Origin: an uncultured Bdellovibrio sp.
GTDB taxonomy: Bacteria > Bdellovibrionota > Bdellovibrionia > Bdellovibrionales > Bdellovibrionaceae
Assembly (NCBI GenBank): GCA_963932905.1
Contig: CAWVRN010000024.1
Location: 1-64,000, forward strand
DNA: 64,000 bases
Direction of reading: 5' to 3'
The notes under the pieces were generated by a model. The model did no database searches. It saw only the letters and a program-made list of their open reading frames with translations, and was not told the origin of the DNA. Of this stretch, positions 11,343 through 21,887 are shown piece after piece. Numbering within the stretch: the first letter of the stretch is position 1; each line of letters starts with the position of its first letter. The position numbers and the translations under genes are program-made.

Positions 11343-11909
11343 ATGTACGATACATCAGATTTTAAAAAAGGCCTTAGAATTTTATTTGAAGACGGACCAT
11401 TCCAAGTGATGGATTTCCAACACGTTAAGCCAGGTAAGGGCAATCAGTTCACACGAACTAAGCTTAAAAACCTTTTAACGGGCCAAAACCGCGAGTTGAC
11501 GTTCAAATCTGGTGAAAAGTTCGGTATTCCAAACGTAGAAAACAAAGAAATGACATTCTTGTACAAAGATGAAAATGGTTACAACTTTATGGACCAGACC
11601 AATTACGAGCAAATCACTATGACTGCCGATGATATTGGTGAGAACGTTAATTATCTTCATGACGATTTGAAAGTTGTTATTTTACTATATAACGAACGTC
11701 CAGTAGCCGTGGATGTGCCGAAGGCTGTTAATCTTAAAGTGGCTCAAACAGATCCTGGCGTAAAAGGTGATCGTGTTACAGGTGCTACTAAAGCGGCGAT
11801 TTTGGAAAGCGGCTTAAAAGTGAATGTGCCTCTTCACATCAATGAAGGCGATTTATTACGTATCGATACGTCAACGGGCGATTACGTAGAACGCGTCAGC
11901 CAGAAATAA
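11343..11909 (+). CDS. efp: Elongation factor P
   Basis: HVKPGKG loop, TDPGVKGD, C-terminal IDTSTGDYVER. Confidence 0.98.
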   Translation: MYDTSDFKKGLRILFEDGPFQVMDFQHVKPGKGNQFTRTKLKNLLTGQNRELTFKSGEKFGIPNVENKEMTFLYKDENGYNFMDQTNYEQITMTADDIGENVNYLHDDLKVVILLYNERPVAVDVPKAVNLKVAQTDPGVKGDRVTGATKAAILESGLKVNVPLHINEGDLLRIDTSTGDYVERVSQK

Positions 11910-12090
11910 TCACCCTGGGTGATCTTGCCAACGGCAACCCGTATTTTCCAAGCGTTTTCCATATAGCTATTTTTGCCTCGTTCGTAGGTCCTAAATAGCT
12001 ATGACGCAACAAATTAAGTCTCATTAAACACAAGATAATTCTGCAAAATTAAAGAGCGCACATTGGCCGCCAAAAACGGAGGATTATCTT

Positions 12091-13137
12091 TTGGCTTTAT
12101 CGCTCGACGATGAGATTCATATTCATTTAAACCAAGGTCATCCACCGTCATTTATTGCCGAATGGATTTACGAAAAGATGATTGCGTCTGACTACGAATG
12201 GTCGGATGCGAACATCAACACGTTTTGCCTATTCATTCTAAAATCGGGTCGTTGCGATTTAATTCTGTATTTCTTTTTAAAATTTCACAAAGATGAAAAT
12301 CTTAAGTTGCCTCCGGCGTTTTTAATTTGGGCCATTGTTAAAAGCTTTCCAACCATTTCAAAAGAACTTCATAAGATTGTGGTCGCCTATTTGAACGACG
12401 ACATGAAACGGTGGGTGGAAGCCTCGTTAACAAAGCTTGGCGACAGTGAATGGCCAGGAATCCGCGAGAACCGCAAAAAACTACGCGATCTGAATTCCCA
12501 AAAACTAACAAAGCTGCGCAAAGAATTAATACAGAAATTTGAATTGTTTAGCAGCCAAAATTTAAATGAGCCAGCCAAGAATACAATTCGAAAATTAGAG
12601 AAAGTATTCCCGAATGACCCTGAAATCGTCCGCATCACATTGAAATTTAAAGAAAAAGATGCCGAAAATATTTTCGACAAACATCGGTTTAAGAAATCGC
12701 GCTTGGATGTTAAACCTAAACCTGATCCTGAATTTGAATCGGCACAAGCCGGTTTGGCGAAGTTTATTAAACAAAATCTGGCCCGGTTTGAAGGGTATGA
12801 ATCTGATATTGCTATTATGTGCATTACTATGGAAATGCCAGAGACCGCTTTAGAAATGTTTCACAGTCCAGATATAATTAACGAACACATTTGGCTCTAT
12901 ATGGAAGTGTTGTTGTTAAATCGTCGGAATCTAGAAATTTTGACACTATTACCAGCTGTAGAAAAAGGGTATTCGCATTTGCCAGATACCTTTTTAGCGT
13001 GCACATTCCTGCGTTCATTGGCGTTATGGAATCTTGGTGAAAAGAACACGGCGATCGAGGTTTTGCAGTCTGTAGTAGAAATTAAACCGAGTTACCGCAG
13101 TTCTGATGTTCTGCTGGCTGAATGGAGCCGATCTTGA
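12091..13137 (+). CDS. Helical/TPR-like protein, first gene of the tamB-omp85 operon
   Basis: TTG start with GGAGG RBS; C-terminal TPR-like helix pair (ALWNLGEKNTAIEVLQSVVEIKPSYRSS); overlaps next gene. Confidence 0.7.
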   Translation: MALSLDDEIHIHLNQGHPPSFIAEWIYEKMIASDYEWSDANINTFCLFILKSGRCDLILYFFLKFHKDENLKLPPAFLIWAIVKSFPTISKELHKIVVAYLNDDMKRWVEASLTKLGDSEWPGIRENRKKLRDLNSQKLTKLRKELIQKFELFSSQNLNEPAKNTIRKLEKVFPNDPEIVRITLKFKEKDAENIFDKHRFKKSRLDVKPKPDPEFESAQAGLAKFIKQNLARFEGYESDIAIMCITMEMPETALEMFHSPDIINEHIWLYMEVLLLNRRNLEILTLLPAVEKGYSHLPDTFLACTFLRSLALWNLGEKNTAIEVLQSVVEIKPSYRSSDVLLAEWSRS

Positions 13138-16100
13138 AGACTAAGATTTGGCTTTTTGCGACTCCACTGGGGATTTTACTTTTGATTTATGCGATCTTAA
13201 AAGTGATCGTATTTCCCATTGCGACCGACTATGCCAATGATCAGCTTCTAAAAATATCTAATTCTAACAACTACGCTGAAATTCAATTCGAAAAAGTCGA
13301 TTTTGAAGTTTTTGATCCTCGTCTTAAAATTAAAAATATTAAAATTAAAACCAAAGAATCATTGCGTCCGATCGTAAAAGATTTCGATATCAAAGAGGTC
13401 GACTTAAAAATCAATTTATTTGATATGTTGTTGGGGAAATTGAATTTTAATGTGCTAAGCGTAGACGAGTTAAAGTTAGACGTGGAACTGGACCCATTTT
13501 TAAATCTACCAAAATCTAAATCTGAATTTAATATTAACCAGCTTTACGAAGTTTTAAATTTGGTTCCTATCCAACGTTTTAAAATAGATAACTTAAGTCT
13601 AAATTTAAATTCAGAAAAGCATAAAATTAATTTTAAAATTAATGAATCGTATATACGAACAAGTTACCTAGATTCAAAATTTTTAGCGCGAATGAATATC
13701 AAGAACAGTGTGGTCAAAAACGAAAAAAATGATTCCAGTTTTCCTCTAGAATTCAATGCCAATTTGCTGTTCTCAAAATCTAACCTGTTAATTCGGGAAA
13801 TCCAGTTGAAAGTCAAAGACAACGTTTTGAAGTTTGACGGGATGATTGATGACGTGAATCAGTTCAATAGCGACGTCACTGGTAAAATTAGCCTAACTAA
13901 CAAAACGGATCTGCAAGAAATAAAAACAATTCTAGAAAATTTCGAACTGCTGAAGCTGAAAGAAAAACTGGAAGGTAAAGTTACGCTTGTTGGGAATTTA
14001 GCATTTCAAGGCCTGCACTCGATAGATGGCAATATCGATTTAAATTCAGAAAATATCATTTTTGATAAATTTGATTTTGGCACGGCCATTATCAAAAGTG
14101 AGTTTAAAAAAGATAGAGTTAAGTTTTCGAATATCGAGCTTATCCACCCAGCAGGTAAAGTAACGCTTACAGATTCATCAATCTCTCTAAAAGAACCTCA
14201 TGAATTTAAGGCGGGTGTGTCATCGGAACGATTTGATCTGCAAAAGCTATTTCAGTCTTTGAATTTAAAAGAAGTTCCTGTGTTTGTTGCTATTTCGCCA
14301 AAAGTACAGTGTGAAGGCGTTGTAAAAAACTTCAATATTTTCTGCAAAGCCGATGTGAAAGGCTTTGGTTTAAAAGTTCAATCTGAAATGCATAATCCAC
14401 AATCGCGCATCGTTGAATTAGGCGATTTTTCTGTCAATGGCGAGTTTTTTTCTGACTTAGATAAAATTGCCTATAAAGGTGTAGTAACCATTAATGACAA
14501 TACCGCTGATAGTGAAGGCGTCGTTGAATACGCCAAGGGATTCGATATTAAATTTAAGTCGGCTAATGTTGATTTTAAAAATATTATCTCGCTTGCGAAT
14601 CTAGATTTCAAAGGTGCATTGGCGTTAGAAGGTAGCACTAAAGGGAATTCGAACAGTGCCGTATTTGGAATGAAAGTTATCGGTACTGATTTTAGTTTAG
14701 AGAAATACAATTTTGGAGTGTTAGAAACACAGCTGTCATATCTGGACGGAACATTGACTTTGGGTGACCTAAAGGGACAGATCGGTCAGTCAAAATACAC
14801 TGGAAATTTGGATTTAAAACTGCGCGATTCTGAGATTCATGGGTTCATCAATTTCGACTCGGCAAAATTAAAAGATATTTTGACCATCACCAAAGATGTA
14901 GTTCCCGTTCCATTTAATGTCGATGGATTTGGATACGCACACGTTAAGTTGGGGGGACCACTAGATTTCTGGAAATTGAGTTATAATTTGGAATCAGCAT
15001 TTAAAGATGTTCTGGTGTACACCGAAAACTTCCATGAGCTTAAGCTGAATATTAATGCGGATAAAGGAACATCTGTTTTCACGAATAGCGGACTTTCAAA
15101 ACGAAATGCAAAGGTATCGGTCGAGGGCACTTTGAATTCTGATAAGACATTCAGCTTGTCGGGAACAGGACAGGGGTTTCGACTTGAAGAAAGCGATTTT
15201 GTGAAAAGTCTAAATGTACCTATTTTTGGTGATTTGGGCTTTACCTACACAACCAGAGGTCCCATTAACAATCCTAAATTGAATGTACAAATCAATTCAC
15301 CCGAGGTCTTAATTGGTGAAAAGCAATTAGAGTCTAGTAATATTAAATTGAGTTTAGATAAAACGGCGATGGACTGGGACATGCATTTGTTCAATGAAAA
15401 ATTGAATGCTATTATCCGCTGGCCATTTGATATCACCGACTCGAAGGTAATTTTAAATTCAAAATTTGAAAATTTTGACTATACCGTGTTGTTCCCATTT
15501 ATTGGCGCGGAAAGCCTGCAAGGTGATTACCTTGGTAACTTAACGGGTGAAACGGCATTAACAGCAAGTGATACGCATTTGGGTGATCTTGATGGTAAGA
15601 TTTCGATTGGTGATTTAGTCCTTCAGCGCGGCGATATGCGATTAAATTTAGCGGAAAAAGGTACTATTCAATGTAAGAAGGGTGAATTTTCAATTTCGGA
15701 AATGAAACTGGTCGGACCTGATAATATTATTGAACTTTCCGGTGAGGATTTCACCTTTGATCGATTAAATGTGCGTGTGAGTGCTAAATCAGACCTACGG
15801 ATATTGCATTTCCTTGCTCCATTTTTAGAAGAAATGAGCGGACCTTTTGAACTCGGTGCACGTATTTCTGGTCCGATGAAAGCGCCGCGAATACTGGGGC
15901 AATCTGTTGTACAAGATGCGTATATTAAAATCAAAAATTTTCCCCATCCGTTTGAGAAAGTAAATACGACGCTTGTGTTTTCGCAGTCAAAAATATTCGT
16001 GCAAAATTTAAAATCTAACTTTGCCGGTGGTATTGCAAAAGCCGATGGTCAAATAGAGATTGTCGGACCTAAGAGTGTTCCATTGTTTTTAAATATCAAA

Positions 16101-17090
16101 GCCGAAAATGTGAACTTGAACATTCCGGATAAAGTGCGTACCAGCGGAAATGCTAACTTGGTATTGTCGGGAAAATGGTTTCCGTTCCTAGTGGCAGGCA
16201 GCTACAATGTTAGCGGTGGGATATTCGAAAAAGAAATCGGCGGTGAAGAAACCGGTCAAACTACAAAACAAAGTATTTATCTGCCTAAATCTTTGAAAGA
16301 AAAAACTTTTGATCCTTTAGCGTTAGATATTAATGTATTTTTGGATAATAAATATTTGGTTAAAAATTCTCAAGTAGATGGATTTGCAACTGGCAATGTT
16401 CAGTTGCGTGGACCGCTTTCAAATATCTTGTTGTTTGGAAAAATAGAATTAGAAAAGGGAACAAAACTGTACTTCAAAGATAAAATATTTGAACTGCAAA
16501 GTGGTATGCTAAACTTTGCCAATCCTAACGAAATTAATCCAGATCTGTATATTACAGCGTCTGCTCGTGTCAGTGAATACGATATCAATATTCTTCTTCA
16601 GGGCCCGGCAAAAACGGCGGGTATTAAAATGAGTAGTTCACCGCCGCTGGCAGAAAACGAAATTATCTCGTTGTTAGCGTTGGGGATAACATCGTCTCAA
16701 TTGGAACAAAACGTACAGTCCAAAGATCAGGCGACGCAAACGGCGACAGAATTAGGTGCAGCCGTGCTATCCCAATCGGCTTTAACTAAAGGAATCAAAA
16801 ATAGGCTCGGGCTTGAAATCCAATTTGTAAATCAATTCGATTCGACTAAAAATGCGGCAGTATTGAAAGCAACTGCTACTAAAAAAATAACAAACAAGGT
16901 TCAAGCCACCGCCAGTCGAGCATTGGGTACAGATCCGACCACTGAAGTGAAAATCCAATATTTCTTCAATAACAATGTATCGGCGATTGGGAACTGGGAA
17001 GGACGCCAGTTTGAGGGAACGGAAAATAGCGATCGTCAGTCTCAGAGTGTGTTTGGCTTAGACTTAGAGTTTAAACGGGAGTTCAGATGA
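13122..17090 (+). CDS. tamB: TamB/AsmA-like (DUF490) translocation and assembly protein
   Basis: N-terminal TM, long beta-rich repeats, C-terminal DUF490-like segment (INPDLYITA..SSSPPLAENEIISLLALG), ends in a beta-strand. Confidence 0.8.
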   Translation: MEPILKTKIWLFATPLGILLLIYAILKVIVFPIATDYANDQLLKISNSNNYAEIQFEKVDFEVFDPRLKIKNIKIKTKESLRPIVKDFDIKEVDLKINLFDMLLGKLNFNVLSVDELKLDVELDPFLNLPKSKSEFNINQLYEVLNLVPIQRFKIDNLSLNLNSEKHKINFKINESYIRTSYLDSKFLARMNIKNSVVKNEKNDSSFPLEFNANLLFSKSNLLIREIQLKVKDNVLKFDGMIDDVNQFNSDVTGKISLTNKTDLQEIKTILENFELLKLKEKLEGKVTLVGNLAFQGLHSIDGNIDLNSENIIFDKFDFGTAIIKSEFKKDRVKFSNIELIHPAGKVTLTDSSISLKEPHEFKAGVSSERFDLQKLFQSLNLKEVPVFVAISPKVQCEGVVKNFNIFCKADVKGFGLKVQSEMHNPQSRIVELGDFSVNGEFFSDLDKIAYKGVVTINDNTADSEGVVEYAKGFDIKFKSANVDFKNIISLANLDFKGALALEGSTKGNSNSAVFGMKVIGTDFSLEKYNFGVLETQLSYLDGTLTLGDLKGQIGQSKYTGNLDLKLRDSEIHGFINFDSAKLKDILTITKDVVPVPFNVDGFGYAHVKLGGPLDFWKLSYNLESAFKDVLVYTENFHELKLNINADKGTSVFTNSGLSKRNAKVSVEGTLNSDKTFSLSGTGQGFRLEESDFVKSLNVPIFGDLGFTYTTRGPINNPKLNVQINSPEVLIGEKQLESSNIKLSLDKTAMDWDMHLFNEKLNAIIRWPFDITDSKVILNSKFENFDYTVLFPFIGAESLQGDYLGNLTGETALTASDTHLGDLDGKISIGDLVLQRGDMRLNLAEKGTIQCKKGEFSISEMKLVGPDNIIELSGEDFTFDRLNVRVSAKSDLRILHFLAPFLEEMSGPFELGARISGPMKAPRILGQSVVQDAYIKIKNFPHPFEKVNTTLVFSQSKIFVQNLKSNFAGGIAKADGQIEIVGPKSVPLFLNIKAENVNLNIPDKVRTSGNANLVLSGKWFPFLVAGSYNVSGGIFEKEIGGEETGQTTKQSIYLPKSLKEKTFDPLALDINVFLDNKYLVKNSQVDGFATGNVQLRGPLSNILLFGKIELEKGTKLYFKDKIFELQSGMLNFANPNEINPDLYITASARVSEYDINILLQGPAKTAGIKMSSSPPLAENEIISLLALGITSSQLEQNVQSKDQATQTATELGAAVLSQSALTKGIKNRLGLEIQFVNQFDSTKNAAVLKATATKKITNKVQATASRALGTDPTTEVKIQYFFNNNVSAIGNWEGRQFEGTENSDRQSQSVFGLDLEFKREFR

Positions 17091-19879
17091 TACAACCGTT
17101 TAAAGGGCTTATCTTTACAATTGCCATTCTGTTTTTGAGTTTAGCTGTGCATGCGCGTGAACTGAAATTTGTGAATGTGCCGAATGATATCCAGGCTGAA
17201 ATCCAGGAAAAATATAAGACAGCCATTGCAAATGGTATTAGTTACGCGCAAGTCGATGAAATTATTCGCACTATTCATTTGAAAACGAATAACGAATTGA
17301 TCGAGGTTTATCAAGAGGGCGAAAATATTGTTATCAATTTGGTTAAGTCGACGCGAGTTAAGCGTGTTACGATTTCAGGCAATCATGCCCATTCTGACGG
17401 TGAGTTAAAGCAGATCATTGGTTTTAACGAAGGCGATATTCTAGACACAGATATTGTCCTAGACGGTGCGGAAAAAATTCGAAAATTCTACAACGAGACC
17501 GGGTTCTTGAATACTACTGTCAATGTCGAAATCCCAGATTCTGCGGATCAAAACGTCAATGTTGAAATCACTGTGATTGAAAGCAATCCCACGCGAATTA
17601 AAAATTTAGAAATAAGAACGTCGAATTTGGATTTAAAAAATGAACTAGGACGCAAACTTAGGAAATACGAAAAAGAACATTATACAGAAGAACTGGTTCA
17701 GAAAATTAAGGACACAGTGAAGGAATACTTTCAAGACAACAAAATTCTGCAGGGAGAAATAGTAAAGCTTGAAACCAGTTTTGCAGATAATGATACCGCA
17801 GTTAATTTGGTATTGCATATCACGAATACCAATAAATTTACTTTTGATTTTGTTGGGTACAGTGAATTTTCACGCATAAAATTGAACCGGGTTTTGGACG
17901 TTGATAACTATACTTCAACGAATCCTAACGTTGCCGCCGAGTTAGCATTGCGTTTGAAGAATTTTTATTTGTCTCAAGGTTATGCACGCGTTGAAGTCCA
18001 AAGTGAAATGACGGAGACAAAAAAGTTTGAACGTAGAGTCCTATTTAAAATTAATGAAGGTCCTAAAGTTTATATAGAGAAAATTATTTTCCAGGGGAAT
18101 TTTAAAAAGGAAACGGCGTTCTATGAAGCTTTGTTTGTGCAAGTGTCAGAAGAATTGTTGTCGGATAAAGTCTATGTTCGTGAAAGCGTAGATAAAGTCG
18201 TTGCTAATTTTGAAATTGAAATGCAGAACCAAGGTTACCTGGCGTTTGACGTTCCCAGTTTTCGTACCGTGTTTAATACTAAAAAAGATAAAATCAGTCT
18301 TTATGTAAATATCGAAGAAGGTCCGCAGACGATTGTGAATTCACTAGCGTTTGAGGGTAATACCAACGTTCCAGAAGACGTCCTGACTCATCTTATTGGA
18401 TTGCGCAAAGATATGCCCCTTGAACTTTCAAAATTAGAACGATCAATCTTATTGATAAAAAACTATTATCAAGAACAAGGTTATTTGGAAGTCGCAATAT
18501 TGAACGAGAAAGATTCGTTAGTGACCTATAATTCTGATAATACTCAGGCTAAATTATTATACAAAATATACGAAGGTCCAAAAGTCCGTGTTGCTAGTAT
18601 AGCTACTGAAGGAAATTTGTACACGAAGGACGAAATCATTTTCATCGAACTTGAGTTTCGCCGGGGCGATATTCTAACGCCGGCGAAAATTGAAGAGTCT
18701 GTTTTGCGTCTTCAAAAGACCGGATATTTTAGTACGGTGGAAATTAGAACGCTAGAACAGCGAACGACTCAGGCCGATCGCACGGTAGTAATCAAAGTGA
18801 CTGAACGTGACCCAGGGGTATTTACTTTGGGCGCGGGGGCGACCAATGAACGTAACGGAACACTACGTGGGTATACCGGGATTGGCTATCGAAATATTGC
18901 GGGAACTGGTCGTGGCGTTTCGGCACGGTTAGAGGGGAACTATAATATTGCTGATATTAAATACCCGGAATTGAAAGTTATTTTTGGCTATGTAGAGCCT
19001 TATTTGTTTAATTCTAGATTGCGTGGGCGCGTGAATGTTTCGCGATCACGTTACGTTAGTATTTCTGACAGCAGTCAGGGAGTTGAAAGCAATCAGTATG
19101 TTTATTCGTTAGAAAAAGATATTACGTCGCATGTGACCGGTATATTTGAAGTGTACAATCTAGAACAGTATCGCGATTTTTATTTACATGATAACCCAGA
19201 TACCGGCGGCACAAACGAAGACAATCAGACAATTAGCCAGCAAAATATCGCTTCTATTGGGCCAACTATCGATATCGATTTTCGGGACAACCCGTTCTTG
19301 CCAACAAAAGGTATTTTTTCACGTTTGAATTTTGAATACGCAAGCCCGTCCCTGGGGAGTTCGTCTACGATCGAATACTATCGTTTTACGGGGTCTTTCA
19401 CACACTATTGGCCATTCGTGAAGAATTGGGTGTGGGCGCACAACATACGCTATGGCTACTTAGAGAATTTAAACAAAGATCCAAATGGTGGCGTGCCGTA
19501 TTCTAAAAAGGGTTTTATTTTGGGTGGTGGCTCAACAATTCGCGGTATTGCTTACGGTTCCCAAGAAGTTCTTCCGAACGATGTCGATTTAGGTGTGAAA
19601 ACAAATAACTATTTTCTAAAAACGAGTGCACAGCAGGCGTTATTTAAATCGGAAATTCGCTTCCCAATTTTCGGTAACTTCTATGGCGGAGTATTCTACG
19701 ATGGCGGTTCCGTGAAAATTCGTGACCTTGTTTTCCAAGATGACTATCGTGATTCGGTTGGATTTGGACTTCGCTACAATACCGTAGTGGGAGCGCTTAA
19801 TATGGAGATTGGTAAAAAGCTGGACCGTCGATTAGGCGAAAATGAATACGAGTTCCATTTGTCTTTTGGAACGTTTTAA
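17087..19879 (+). CDS. Omp85 family (BamA/TamA-like) outer membrane protein with many POTRA domains
   Basis: Signal peptide, repeated POTRA ends (I.EGPKV), barrel motifs IRG and FYDGG, GFGLRY, terminal Phe. Confidence 0.92.
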   Translation: MIQPFKGLIFTIAILFLSLAVHARELKFVNVPNDIQAEIQEKYKTAIANGISYAQVDEIIRTIHLKTNNELIEVYQEGENIVINLVKSTRVKRVTISGNHAHSDGELKQIIGFNEGDILDTDIVLDGAEKIRKFYNETGFLNTTVNVEIPDSADQNVNVEITVIESNPTRIKNLEIRTSNLDLKNELGRKLRKYEKEHYTEELVQKIKDTVKEYFQDNKILQGEIVKLETSFADNDTAVNLVLHITNTNKFTFDFVGYSEFSRIKLNRVLDVDNYTSTNPNVAAELALRLKNFYLSQGYARVEVQSEMTETKKFERRVLFKINEGPKVYIEKIIFQGNFKKETAFYEALFVQVSEELLSDKVYVRESVDKVVANFEIEMQNQGYLAFDVPSFRTVFNTKKDKISLYVNIEEGPQTIVNSLAFEGNTNVPEDVLTHLIGLRKDMPLELSKLERSILLIKNYYQEQGYLEVAILNEKDSLVTYNSDNTQAKLLYKIYEGPKVRVASIATEGNLYTKDEIIFIELEFRRGDILTPAKIEESVLRLQKTGYFSTVEIRTLEQRTTQADRTVVIKVTERDPGVFTLGAGATNERNGTLRGYTGIGYRNIAGTGRGVSARLEGNYNIADIKYPELKVIFGYVEPYLFNSRLRGRVNVSRSRYVSISDSSQGVESNQYVYSLEKDITSHVTGIFEVYNLEQYRDFYLHDNPDTGGTNEDNQTISQQNIASIGPTIDIDFRDNPFLPTKGIFSRLNFEYASPSLGSSSTIEYYRFTGSFTHYWPFVKNWVWAHNIRYGYLENLNKDPNGGVPYSKKGFILGGGSTIRGIAYGSQEVLPNDVDLGVKTNNYFLKTSAQQALFKSEIRFPIFGNFYGGVFYDGGSVKIRDLVFQDDYRDSVGFGLRYNTVVGALNMEIGKKLDRRLGENEYEFHLSFGTF

Positions 19880-20698
19880 CTATCGGAAATCGTGAATGCG
19901 CTGTAAAATGCGATTCAATTTATCTAACTTAGCTTGTTTGGATTGTTTGCGAATGGAAGCCCGATGGTCTTCGTCTTGTGCTTCAGTTACAATGAAACTT
20001 GGTTGAGCTCGCGTTTTCAAAACTTTTTGTCGATACAAAAGATCTTTGTCTTCGGGATAGTCTTTTAAACTGTTCTCAAGGAGTGTGCTGGCTTGCTTCA
20101 ACTGATTTCTAGCAATGAAGGCATCGACTAAGGAGATAATTCTTTGCAGGGTTCTTAGATAAACCAAATCAGATTCCGGTCGGTTGGGCTCAATCACTTG
20201 GCTACGAGTGCCTTCTACGTCTGGCGCGGGTTCTGGTGTCACGGTAAGGCGTTTGAATTCAAACATATCGTCTTGGAAATCACGAGCCGACATGCTTTCG
20301 ATTCGTTCCAAAATCTTTTTCACTTTGGTATGATATGGGTTTAGAAGTAATACCATTTTAAACGATTTAATGGCGTTCGAAGTGTCACGTTTTTCTAGGT
20401 AGATTTCCCCCAGAAGCTGGTGAGCTAAAATGTTGCTACCAGACAATTTCAGGGCTTGAGTCAACGCTTTTACGGCCTCATCCCAATTTTTTTTATCTTT
20501 TAAAATTTTACCCAAGATAACCCAAGCACTTGTGTGGCTGGGGTGACGGCGAAGTCCCTCTTTGCATACTTTTTCAGCTAGGTCGATCTCACCATTTTCG
20601 CGATAGGCTTCGGCCAGCGGGGCAAAGACCTGCGAATCGGGTGTCTTTTTTAATACACCTCGGTACTTCTCGATTATGTCTTTTGGGTAGTTCGCCAT
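19880..20698 (-). CDS. Tetratricopeptide repeat protein
   Basis: Consecutive TPRs (FAPLAEAYRENG..., AWVILGKIL..., AHQLLGEIY...). Confidence 0.85.
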   Translation of the reverse strand: MANYPKDIIEKYRGVLKKTPDSQVFAPLAEAYRENGEIDLAEKVCKEGLRRHPSHTSAWVILGKILKDKKNWDEAVKALTQALKLSGSNILAHQLLGEIYLEKRDTSNAIKSFKMVLLLNPYHTKVKKILERIESMSARDFQDDMFEFKRLTVTPEPAPDVEGTRSQVIEPNRPESDLVYLRTLQRIISLVDAFIARNQLKQASTLLENSLKDYPEDKDLLYRQKVLKTRAQPSFIVTEAQDEDHRASIRKQSKQAKLDKLNRILQRIHDFR

Positions 20699-20772
20699 AT
20701 TTTTATACTACACTCAGTCAAAAATGTTTCAAGGATTTTGCCAAAAAAGCTCAGAGATGATTGAATCCAAGA

Positions 20773-21291
20773 ATGTCTATCATTCTTGGGATTGATCCCG
20801 GTTCGCAAATCACAGGTTTTGGAGTTATCGATGCCTCTATGCAAAAAGGTGTCGACAAGCCGCGTGTCCTTTCCCATGGCATAATACAATTAAAAACCGG
20901 TTCGCTGACGTTTAACGATCGCTTATTATTACTTTCAGAGAATTTGGATCGCATTTTAAAAAAATACCAACCAAATATCGTTGTCGTGGAAAAGCTATTT
21001 TTAGGTAAGAACCCGGACTCGGCCTTTAAATTGGGCCATGCGCGGGGGATATGTATTGCCAAAGCCATGGAAAGTCGCAGTGCTATTTTCGAATACACCC
21101 CGCGAGAAGTAAAAAAAACGATTACAGGATCGGGGAGTTCAGATAAGATCCAGGTGGCCGAAGTTTTGAAGTTTATACTGGGAATTAATCACTTTGATTT
21201 CCTTGATGCTTCAGATGCGTTAGCTCTTGCCTATCACCACCATTGCGTTCACAAAGCTAATATGGTGATTAGCCAAGCCAAACAGAATTAG
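20773..21291 (+). CDS. ruvC: Holliday junction resolvase
   Basis: ILGIDPGS, VVEKLF, LGHARG, EYTP.EVKK, DASDALALA; start set at MSIILG. Confidence 0.95.
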   Translation: MSIILGIDPGSQITGFGVIDASMQKGVDKPRVLSHGIIQLKTGSLTFNDRLLLLSENLDRILKKYQPNIVVVEKLFLGKNPDSAFKLGHARGICIAKAMESRSAIFEYTPREVKKTITGSGSSDKIQVAEVLKFILGINHFDFLDASDALALAYHHHCVHKANMVISQAKQN

Positions 21292-21305
21292 TGTAGGGGA
21301 TATAC

Positions 21306-21881
21306 ATGATTGGTTTTCTAAGAGGGGACGTTGTAGAACTGCAGCCAGAGTATTTTATTTTGGACGTGCAAGGTGTCGGTTACGAAATTTATGCTTCTTT
21401 GCAAACCATCGCGCAAATTTCTGAGAACATGAATAAAACTATTTCGATGTGGATCTACACCCATGTTCGTGAAGACGCGCTGACTTTATTTGGTTTTCAA
21501 TATCGTGAAGAAAAAAATCTTTTCCTATCGTTGTTAAAAGTAAATGGCGTCGGTCCAAAAATGGCCATTGGTATCCTGTCTGGCGCACCTTATGACAAAT
21601 TAGTTGAGATGATTGAAAATTCTGATGCTAAAGCCCTATCAAGCTTGCCACGTGTTGGAAAGAAAACAGCAGAGCAAATTATTTTAAGCCTTAAAGGTAA
21701 ACTGGTCCGTGTTCCCGAAAAAACTGTGGAAGTGTCTCATCAACGTCAGCAAGTTTCATCTGCGTTGATCAATTTGGGTTTCAAACCGCAATTGGTGGAT
21801 GAATACGTTAACCAGCTTTCAAAAGAATTATCGGTGGAAGAATCTATTCGTGGCGGATTGGCCAAATTAACTCAAGTTTAG
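21306..21881 (+). CDS. ruvA: Holliday junction DNA-binding subunit
   Basis: MIGFLRG, GVGYE, HVREDALTLFGF, GVGPKMA, VGKKTAEQI. Confidence 0.97.
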   Translation: MIGFLRGDVVELQPEYFILDVQGVGYEIYASLQTIAQISENMNKTISMWIYTHVREDALTLFGFQYREEKNLFLSLLKVNGVGPKMAIGILSGAPYDKLVEMIENSDAKALSSLPRVGKKTAEQIILSLKGKLVRVPEKTVEVSHQRQQVSSALINLGFKPQLVDEYVNQLSKELSVEESIRGGLAKLTQV

Positions 21882-21887
21882 GAAGTT

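Noticed and set aside
11963..12002. Inverted repeat ATAGCTATTT..AAATAGCTAT after efp
   Set aside because: AT-rich stem without a U tract; may be a terminator or stabiliser, but nothing supports a specific call
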